A stretch of DNA of 64,000 nucleotides from Candidatus Dojkabacteria bacterium (GTDB taxonomy: Bacteria > Patescibacteriota > Dojkabacteria > SC72): NCBI GenBank assembly GCA_018056375.1, contig JAGPFQ010000001.1, positions 103,995 through 167,994 on the forward strand, given 5' to 3'. Under the pieces are notes generated by a model. The model was not told the DNA's origin, did no database searches, and saw only the letters and a list, made by a program, of their open reading frames with translations. Position numbers and translations under genes: made by a program. Positions 56,959 to 64,000 of the stretch are shown in pieces (position 1 is the first letter of the stretch; the number at the start of each line of letters is the position of its first letter).

Positions 56959-58191
56959 TTTTACTTTAAATACTTGTTCTTTACCTTCTCTTGTTACTTT
57001 TACTTCTACTTCTTCTCCTACTTTATGTTGTTGTATCAATTCTGCAAGAGACCTATCTACTTTCTTTTCTCCAAATTGTGTAATAATATCACCCTTTTTA
57101 ATACCAGCTGAAAATGCTGGAGATATTGGCTCAACTCTAACAACTAATGCTCCGGGAACAACATTTTTATAGTATAGTGCTTCATATGCAGAAATCATTT
57201 GATATGATACTCCCATGTATGGTCTTATAAACTTACCATGTGTTTTGTATTCCTCTAGCCTATTCTTTACACTATTTATTGGTAAAGCAAAAGAAATATT
57301 GTCTACTCCTTGTGTAGTAGCAAAATTGACACCTATAACTTCTCCTTGTGAGTTTATCAATGGTCCACCAGAATTACCTGGGTTGATTGCAGCATCTGTT
57401 TGAATAACTCCTTCATATGTCTTTATTGTACTCCCAAACCAGGATTGTCCTGCTGATACTGTTCTGTTTAATCCACTGATAATTCCTGTTGTTACACTTC
57501 CTGCAAACTCTCCAAGAGGTGTTCCAATAGCTAGAACATTTTGTCCAACAACTAACTTGTCAGAATCTCCAAGTTTAAGAGCTTTTAGTTCTTTATCACC
57601 TTTATCAATTCTTAATAATGCTATGTCGGATATATCATCTCTTAAAATGGTTGTTACTACAAATTCATCTCCATGACTATTAACAACCTTGTAATCAGAA
57701 TTTCTATCAGACACCACATGCTGATTAGTGATAACAATACCACTCTCATCAACGATGAAGCCAGTCCCTATTTTATTTGTAATATCTATCAAGCCCTGTC
57801 CTTGCTCTAAAGCAATTTGAGAAACAGCAATACTAACTACTGATTCCTGACTCTGTTTGACAATATCAATAACATTCTTTTCTTGTTCTGTAATAAGAAG
57901 TTCTATGTTGTTATCTGATTTGTCAGAAGACTCTTTAAGATATTCTTTTACTGTACTTCCATCCTTGAATATGAAGTGGAGGGTTAGAGAGACTGTAAGA
58001 ATTATTAGTAAAACATAAAGAAGAATTCCAAGTAAAATATATTTTAGAGAATGAGTTATGTTTTTTGTACAAACTTTCTCCTTTTCTATCTTCTCTATTT
58101 CTTTAGCTTCTTTTCCTTCTCCTTTTATTACTTCTTTCTTTATATCCTTCTTCTCTTCTTCTACTTTTTTCTCTTGTTTCTTTTCTTCCAT
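56941..58191 (-). CDS. htrA: HtrA/DegP-family serine protease (trypsin fold + PDZ), K/E-rich N-terminus + TM
   Basis: GNSGGPLINSQGEVIGVN catalytic Ser region and the His/Asp context. Confidence 0.8.
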   Translation of the reverse strand: MEEKKQEKKVEEEKKDIKKEVIKGEGKEAKEIEKIEKEKVCTKNITHSLKYILLGILLYVLLIILTVSLTLHFIFKDGSTVKEYLKESSDKSDNNIELLITEQEKNVIDIVKQSQESVVSIAVSQIALEQGQGLIDITNKIGTGFIVDESGIVITNQHVVSDRNSDYKVVNSHGDEFVVTTILRDDISDIALLRIDKGDKELKALKLGDSDKLVVGQNVLAIGTPLGEFAGSVTTGIISGLNRTVSAGQSWFGSTIKTYEGVIQTDAAINPGNSGGPLINSQGEVIGVNFATTQGVDNISFALPINSVKNRLEEYKTHGKFIRPYMGVSYQMISAYEALYYKNVVPGALVVRVEPISPAFSAGIKKGDIITQFGEKKVDRSLAELIQQHKVGEEVEVKVTREGKEQVFKVKLGEME

Positions 58192-58211
58192 AACTTTTTT
58201 TTATTTTAAAT

Positions 58212-59435
58212 TTATTTACTAACTTCCTCTATTGCTCTGTCCAATTGAGGATCTATTCCTTTTTCAAAATCAGCATTTGTATATGCAACTTCTATATCAG
58301 GGATAATTGGGTTGTCCTTGTCTATCTGTTTACCATTAGGTAAAAGCCATTTAATAGTTGTTAAGTGTAATGTTGAACCATCAGGGAACTCGAAAATCTT
58401 TTGTGCTGTTCCTTTACCAAATGTCTTTGAACCGATAATTTTAATATCTTCTGTTTGTTGTAATGCACCAGAGAGAATCTCAGATGCTGAAGCACTGCCA
58501 TTATCTATTAGTACAACAATTTTCTTACCTAGTAGCTCTCCACCTTTCTCCGACTTAAATTCAACTATATTTCCCTTAGCATCCTGTTGTTGGGAGATAA
58601 TATATCCCTCATCTAGAACATCATCTGCTGCAAATACTGCTGCATCAAAGAAACCTCCAGGATTACTTCTCAAATCGATTATTACCTTGTCAACATTTCT
58701 AGCATTAATTTCTAATACACTATTGTGCCATTTGTTTTGCCAATTCAAAAGAGTAGCCTCTGTAAATCTGCTAACTTTTAAATGTGCAATATCTTTCTTG
58801 TCTCCAATAAAGTCTAATGTCATACTAGGAACGGTAATCTCACTTCTCGTGATTGTAATATCAACAGGGTTTTTATCTCCTTTATGTAAGATATTTAGTT
58901 TAACAGAAGTTCCTGCTTCTCCCCTTATCTTAGCTACTGCATCATAAACAGAATCATTGGAAGAAAGAGTATAGTCATCTACTTTCAAGATTAAGTCACC
59001 AGGTCTAATACCAGCTTCTTTTGCTGGAGAACCTTCAATTGGTGCTACTACTACAACCTGACCATTTACATATCCCAACTCTGCACCAATACCTTCAAAA
59101 TATTTGCCCTCAGCAGAAGCATCAAACTCTTTTGTCTCTTCTGGATCTAAATATACAGTTCCCATATCATCTATTGAGTTAATCATTCCTTTAATTGCTC
59201 CATATACTAACTCTTTCTCATCAAGCTTCTCTGCATCAACATAGTTTCTTCTTGTTGTATCCCATACATTCCAAAATGTTGTTAAATCAGCTCTACCTGT
59301 TTTAGTCGGAAAATTTAAGAAATTGGCAGCTTGTTTCTCTGAGATATTTCTACCAAAAAATATTCCGATAGCAAAAGCAACTACTAGTAGAAGAGCTGTA
59401 CCAAATATTTTTCCACCATTTCTTTCTTTCTCCAT
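58212..59435 (-). CDS. ctpA: carboxy-terminal processing protease (S41) with PDZ
   Basis: VIIDLRSNPGGF, a PDZ GIRPGDLILKVDD segment, and an N-terminal TM helix. Confidence 0.8.
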   Translation of the reverse strand: MEKERNGGKIFGTALLLVVAFAIGIFFGRNISEKQAANFLNFPTKTGRADLTTFWNVWDTTRRNYVDAEKLDEKELVYGAIKGMINSIDDMGTVYLDPEETKEFDASAEGKYFEGIGAELGYVNGQVVVVAPIEGSPAKEAGIRPGDLILKVDDYTLSSNDSVYDAVAKIRGEAGTSVKLNILHKGDKNPVDITITRSEITVPSMTLDFIGDKKDIAHLKVSRFTEATLLNWQNKWHNSVLEINARNVDKVIIDLRSNPGGFFDAAVFAADDVLDEGYIISQQQDAKGNIVEFKSEKGGELLGKKIVVLIDNGSASASEILSGALQQTEDIKIIGSKTFGKGTAQKIFEFPDGSTLHLTTIKWLLPNGKQIDKDNPIIPDIEVAYTNADFEKGIDPQLDRAIEEVSK

Positions 59436-59486
59436 GTTTTATAGATTGTTAAGAAAATTTAATATATATACAAACAAAATTATACT

Positions 59487-60518
59487 CTAAAGGGAGATAA
59501 ATTCCACCGCACCAATATTCGCTATACCCTTAGAACCATTCTCCCACTCTACTGAAATATATCCAGCTTCCTCTTCTGTATCTATAACCTTTCCAATCAT
59601 AGAATAGTTTGAAAGTGCAAGAGACCTTACAGTTGCACCTTTTGCATTTAGTAGAAAACTTTTCTCTTTTTTCCCTGCTCTGTAATCTGAAAGGAAAAAG
59701 ATCTGTCTTTCTTCTAAGTCTACAACAGATAGTACACCTTTTTTTGATGTAATGAGAGAGAGAATACTATCTCCACATGATATTTCACCAAAACCTCCAA
59801 GTATACCAAGAGGTAATGTTTGTCTTCGAAAGTCTGAATACTCCATAGAGTATGTTAAAACAAAAGCTGCACCTTTTTCAAAAAGGTCTTGTAACAATGA
59901 TGTATGTAAATATTTTCCTGCAAAAACAATTTTGTTTGTATAGTCCTTCTGGTCTGCTTTGAGTAGTAGGTTGTCACCATCCCCTACCGTAACAAACTCA
60001 CCAAATATTTTCTTACTTACGCCCTCACCTTCTTGATACATTTTAGATACAATTTTGATATCCATGGCATATGCTTTTGCATCTAGCACTATACCATCTA
60101 CCAAGTTTGTATCTAGAACATTTCCAGTAAAAGAACTCTTGAATGTTTTAATGTCTTCATCCCCAAGAATATCAATATATCCACTATCTACTCTATCCAT
60201 ATCTACTACACCATCTGTTGGTGATATCAGTTTCTTAACTGTTAGTCCTCCTGTCATTTCTTTCTCAACTAAAACATCACCCTCCTTAACTAACTCACCA
60301 TGTATGCATGTAGCATATTTCTTCACATCTTGTGCTCTAACTGGAATCTCATCTGGTACATAGAAGGAATATAGCTTTGAACTCTCCTTCCTTCTCAAAA
60401 GTTCATCACCAACTTTCAATTTGTCTCCACTTTTAACTAAGACATCATCGGTAGACTTAAAAGGAATTTTCACTTTGTAGTTTGTATATTCATTAACTAT
60501 TTGATGTTTAATAATCAT
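59487..60518 (-). CDS. hypothetical protein (343 aa), second gene of a two-gene operon
   Basis: Overlaps the upstream gene by 11 nt. N-terminal barrel-sandwich-like segments (KVGDELL..., SPTDGVV); no secure family assignment. Confidence 0.4.
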   Translation of the reverse strand: MIIKHQIVNEYTNYKVKIPFKSTDDVLVKSGDKLKVGDELLRRKESSKLYSFYVPDEIPVRAQDVKKYATCIHGELVKEGDVLVEKEMTGGLTVKKLISPTDGVVDMDRVDSGYIDILGDEDIKTFKSSFTGNVLDTNLVDGIVLDAKAYAMDIKIVSKMYQEGEGVSKKIFGEFVTVGDGDNLLLKADQKDYTNKIVFAGKYLHTSLLQDLFEKGAAFVLTYSMEYSDFRRQTLPLGILGGFGEISCGDSILSLITSKKGVLSVVDLEERQIFFLSDYRAGKKEKSFLLNAKGATVRSLALSNYSMIGKVIDTEEEAGYISVEWENGSKGIANIGAVEFISL

Positions 60519-61866
60519 TTAACCATGACTGTAATTTAAGTTTGTTTGAATGAGCATCTGGACCATATACAATGGGTCTAGGTCTACAATCAAAAAGTAT
60601 AGAATCTATCTTTGTACTTTCAGGTGTGGACATGTAATTAATTTTTGTTTCTCCAAGAGGTATCATCTTAACACCATTTCTAAATGTTCCTTCAATTAGT
60701 AATCTGTTCTCATGAGGAGGCATTTCAATCATTGTGAATTGAGAAGAGATAGCATAGAAATCAGTTTGTTCTGTATCAACACCTTGTACCTTTCCACTAA
60801 ATACAACTCTGTTTTTCATTCCTGGCTTTGTTTGAGGGATAATCACTTTTGTCATTTTAGGTAAGAGAGAATTTCTAGTTAATATGATATCAGTACTTTC
60901 AGTCATCTCTACATATGATTTACCATATGCAATTGTTCTTAGGTCTAGGTCAAAATAGCAGTCAAAATTGCCAGTAATCTCTAAACCATCAATAATGGTC
61001 ATTAGAGTTTTAGATTTACCTAATACTCTTGGAATATTACCAGTGATAATCATTGCACTTCTGGTATATTCTCTACCAAATGTCTCTATTTTCTTTCTGT
61101 TGTCTCTAAAGAGTGAGAAGTTTTGAATGGTGGCATATGACCTTACAATATCAAGAAGAGGTCTGTCTTGTACAAAGATTGGTCTGTCAATCACAAAGTT
61201 CGCCCATGTGTTTTGAAGGTTTTTCTCTGAGAGTTCTGTAGAGAGAAATGCTCCAAACCTAGCATCTTTGATAGAGTCAATTAATGGTATTTCATCTTTC
61301 CATGACATTTTAGACTTTGAGAATATCTGATGTCCTGTGGGTCTTCCTTTTTCATACTCTGCAGTTACTCTAAATACTGAAAAGTGAAAGAGATCCATGT
61401 CTACTACTAGAAGGTCATCGATATCTATTCTTTGAGAGAGACCTTTAAGCATAGTTTCTAAATACGCATCATCTATGACTCTAAGAGATACTTCATTTGA
61501 GAAGTTTCTTACAGAATTAAATATCTCAGTGAAAAAATCTTGATTGTCATCTATCTGTACTCTTACACCAGAAACTCCATCTCCCTCTGCCTTAAAATCT
61601 CTAAATGTGAAAACAGAATCCTTATCTTTGTCTACAATATCCCAATCAAAAACTTTTTCAATTGTATCAAAATATTCAAACCAGAATTCTTTAGTAAATA
61701 CATTGTCATCTAGTAGGAATTTGAGAGCATTTAAATCAGTATAATCAGAAAGAATATATTCTCTATTCGCATTAAAATCTGTATATGCAAGATGTGCCCA
61801 GATACCATTATCTTTAATTAAGATATTTATATATGCATTTTTTTCTAAAACGGACAGTTTTGACAT
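60508..61866 (-). CDS. hypothetical protein (~450 aa), possibly a divergent actin-like/ASKHA-fold protein
   Basis: ATG at 61866; the track ORF starts at an upstream TTG at 61905. Weak FtsA/PilM-like pattern (INILIKDNGIWAHLA ... MIITGNIPRVLG); low confidence. Confidence 0.35.
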   Translation of the reverse strand: MSKLSVLEKNAYINILIKDNGIWAHLAYTDFNANREYILSDYTDLNALKFLLDDNVFTKEFWFEYFDTIEKVFDWDIVDKDKDSVFTFRDFKAEGDGVSGVRVQIDDNQDFFTEIFNSVRNFSNEVSLRVIDDAYLETMLKGLSQRIDIDDLLVVDMDLFHFSVFRVTAEYEKGRPTGHQIFSKSKMSWKDEIPLIDSIKDARFGAFLSTELSEKNLQNTWANFVIDRPIFVQDRPLLDIVRSYATIQNFSLFRDNRKKIETFGREYTRSAMIITGNIPRVLGKSKTLMTIIDGLEITGNFDCYFDLDLRTIAYGKSYVEMTESTDIILTRNSLLPKMTKVIIPQTKPGMKNRVVFSGKVQGVDTEQTDFYAISSQFTMIEMPPHENRLLIEGTFRNGVKMIPLGETKINYMSTPESTKIDSILFDCRPRPIVYGPDAHSNKLKLQSWLNDY

Positions 61867-61965
61867 GATTAAAATATACAACAAATAGGTAGAGCAAGCA
61901 AACAAACGTGATTAGTTTGTATATGGAACTAGACGATGTAGATTTCTTGGTGATATAATTTTGGC

Positions 61966-62874
61966 ATGCGAGATGATTTAATACATATCGAGAACTTTTC
62001 AAAATCATTTGGGGATCTTAAAGCAGTTGATGACCTCTCTTTTGATGTAAAAAAAGGTGAAGTTATGGCATTTCTAGGTGCTAATGGTTCTGGTAAGACA
62101 ACAACAATTAGATGTCTTCTCAAAATATATACTCCAGATAGAGGAAAGTTGTTAATTCATGGGGAGGAATATTCAGAGAAACTAAATAGTAAGATTGGGT
62201 ATCTTCCAGAAGAGAGAGGAATCTACAAGGATGTTACTCCACTTGAGATATTGGAATATACAGCAGTACTTAGGGGTTTTAGTCATAGTGATGCAAAGTT
62301 TCGAGCTGAGAAGTATCTGAAAGAGGTTGATCTTTTTGATCATAGAATAAAGAAGATTGCACAGTTAAGTTCAGGTATGCAACAGAAAGTGCAGTTAGGT
62401 ACTGCATTGATTCATGAGCCAGAGATATTGATTCTTGATGAACCATTTAAGGGTTTAGATGCTATGAATAGGCAGTTGTTTGTTGATAAATTTATAGAAC
62501 AAGCAAAGAAAGGGACAACAGTTCTTTACAGTACTCATGTAATAGATGAAGCACAGAAGATGTCAGATAGTGTTGTAATGATACGTGAAGGGAAGAGAGT
62601 TGAATATGGGACAGTGTCAGAAGTAAGAAAGAGGTATGGAAGTAATAATATTGTCATTGAGTTTAGTGGTAAAGCACCAGAGAAGGATACTAAGCTGTAT
62701 AGGAGTACTGTTACAAATACCACTGCAGAGATAGCTCCAAAAGATGAAGATACAGACCCAAATGATGTTATTGCAGAGCTTGTTAAAAATGGAACTAAGA
62801 TTATTAAAATGGAGGTTGATGCTCCAAGTCTTAATGATATCTTTATTGAATTAATGAGTAAGAAGAATGAATAA
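61966..62874 (+). CDS. ABC transporter ATP-binding protein
   Basis: Walker A GANGSGKTT, signature LSSGMQQKV, Walker B ILILDEP. Confidence 0.9.
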   Translation: MRDDLIHIENFSKSFGDLKAVDDLSFDVKKGEVMAFLGANGSGKTTTIRCLLKIYTPDRGKLLIHGEEYSEKLNSKIGYLPEERGIYKDVTPLEILEYTAVLRGFSHSDAKFRAEKYLKEVDLFDHRIKKIAQLSSGMQQKVQLGTALIHEPEILILDEPFKGLDAMNRQLFVDKFIEQAKKGTTVLYSTHVIDEAQKMSDSVVMIREGKRVEYGTVSEVRKRYGSNNIVIEFSGKAPEKDTKLYRSTVTNTTAEIAPKDEDTDPNDVIAELVKNGTKIIKMEVDAPSLNDIFIELMSKKNE

Positions 62875-64000
62875 TGTGAAAGAGATTGCAAAATTTGAGT
62901 ATCTTAAAATTGTCAAAAAGGCTTCTTTCTGGGCTTCTACACTGTTCGTTCCAATTTTTATGGCATTGATAATGTTTATATCTGGTTGGTCATCATATCA
63001 ATCAAGTAAGAAAATGGAAGAAGGTCTTTCCTTAGAGAAGGTGTATGTTGTTGATAATTATGAAATTATTCCAGCGGACAAAATGGTACCTCCTCTCTTT
63101 AAGGCTGAAAGTAAAGAAGCTGTAAGAGAAGAGTTAGTTAATAATCCCAATATTGTACTAGTCGTATTCCCAGAGAACTTCCTCTCTACACTAAAATATG
63201 AAATTGTTTACAAAGAGGAAGGGGACTTAATGAGAGCTGCAAATGTTCCAGCACTAATGACTGGGGTAATTAAGTCCAGTGCAATTGAAAGTATTGAGAA
63301 CGAGAAGTCTAAAGTGTTGCTTAGTGGGGAGGTTTCTTCAGAGACCTATACACTAGACACCGAAGGTAAGGAAACAAAACAAGGATTTGATAAGTTCATT
63401 GTTCCAATTCTCTCGATGCTTGTTTTTTTCATGGCTGTATTTATATCCTCCACCTACCTTCTCCAAAGTGTATCAAATGAAAAAGAGAATAGAATGATTG
63501 AAACAATGCTTTCGATTGTTGATAAGAAGGCGTTAATGATTGGTAAGATGATAGGTCTTATGGCTGTTGTACTAACACAGTTATTGATATGGTTGGTATT
63601 CTCTGGTTTGTTATTGTTTGTTGCTACAAGATTTATGCATATGAGTCTTCCTATTAATCTAAATAATATTGATCTTAGTACCCTTCCTTTTACGATTTTG
63701 ATGATAATTCTAGGATTTGTTTTCTTTGGTGCGGTAATGATAGGTGTGGGTGCTGTTGGTACTGGTGCTGAGGATAGTAGGAATCTTTCTACTATTTTTA
63801 TCATGCTTTCGATTGCTCCTTTGTATGTATCACAACCTTTGATTATGGAGCCTGATTCATTGATTACTAAAGTCTTTACATATTTCCCATTTAGCTCATA
63901 TATGGTTGCCGTGTTAAGAAATTCCTTAGGAACATTACCTTTATATGAGTCGATACTTACAATTGTGCTTGGTGTTATTTATGTGATTATTGCCCTCTTT
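62867..64000 (+). CDS. ABC-2-type transporter permease (partial; continues beyond window end)
   Basis: Own translation from the ATG at 62867 (MNNVKEIAKFEYLKIV...). It overlaps the ATPase stop by 8 nt and has multiple TM helices. Absent from the track because no stop codon falls in the window. Confidence 0.6.
   Translation, partial: MNNVKEIAKFEYLKIVKKASFWASTLFVPIFMALIMFISGWSSYQSSKKMEEGLSLEKVYVVDNYEIIPADKMVPPLFKAESKEAVREELVNNPNIVLVVFPENFLSTLKYEIVYKEEGDLMRAANVPALMTGVIKSSAIESIENEKSKVLLSGEVSSETYTLDTEGKETKQGFDKFIVPILSMLVFFMAVFISSTYLLQSVSNEKENRMIETMLSIVDKKALMIGKMIGLMAVVLTQLLIWLVFSGLLLFVATRFMHMSLPINLNNIDLSTLPFTILMIILGFVFFGAVMIGVGAVGTGAEDSRNLSTIFIMLSIAPLYVSQPLIMEPDSLITKVFTYFPFSSYMVAVLRNSLGTLPLYESILTIVLGVIYVIIALF

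Noticed and set aside
1-64000. CRISPR arrays, rRNA genes, integrases/transposases, prophage genes, alternative genetic code (UGA=Gly/Trp).
   Set aside because: No arrays of regularly spaced direct repeats, no rRNA-like conserved stretches, and no recombinase motifs were seen. Long housekeeping ORFs terminate normally and contain no in-frame TGA, so the standard code applies.

Overview
This is an AT-rich (roughly one-third GC), gene-dense bacterial chromosomal segment read with the standard genetic code; long ORFs are intact, so there is no sign of UGA recoding. Most of the window is housekeeping. It holds the conserved thrS-infC-rpmI-rplT-pheS-pheT operon with an intrinsic terminator, plus mutS, recG, a short Rel/SpoT, tyrS, trpS, rarA, truB, rsmI, tatD, pyk and rpmE-prfA-prmC. 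A rearranged dcw-type cell-wall cluster is present (mraZ-rsmH-ftsL-ftsI-mraY, with murF divergent and murA-murG-ftsW upstream). There are also clpP-tig, htrA, ctpA and an ABC exporter pair. Three tRNAs are present: Val-GAC, Leu-UAA and Cys-GCA. Several proteins are short versions (trigger factor without a PPIase-sized region, a 487-aa Rel, an archaeal-sized cmk), which fits a reduced genome, possibly Patescibacteria-like (low confidence). I found no CRISPR array, rRNA, integrase or transposase. Observations that the housekeeping genes do not explain: (1) two divergent ~210-bp intergenic copies of an element with ~22-bp CCTAGG-centred terminal inverted repeats, in opposite orientation, each just upstream of a gene start; (2) an accessory-looking block next to the 3' end of tRNA-Val (zinc-ribbon/coiled-coil/Mrr-type nuclease protein, cytoplasmic S41-like peptidase, two unknowns, NADAR-HAD-SDR trio); (3) a sortase next to an Ig-repeat surface protein with a non-canonical sorting signal; (4) a PEP-synthase-like enzyme whose phospho-histidine is replaced by Asp; (5) a small acidic ORF translationally coupled to clpP where clpX would be expected; (6) a two-gene operon of unknown proteins beside htrA/ctpA. 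I could not securely identify a complete, clearly novel multi-gene system; the candidates are listed with caveats.
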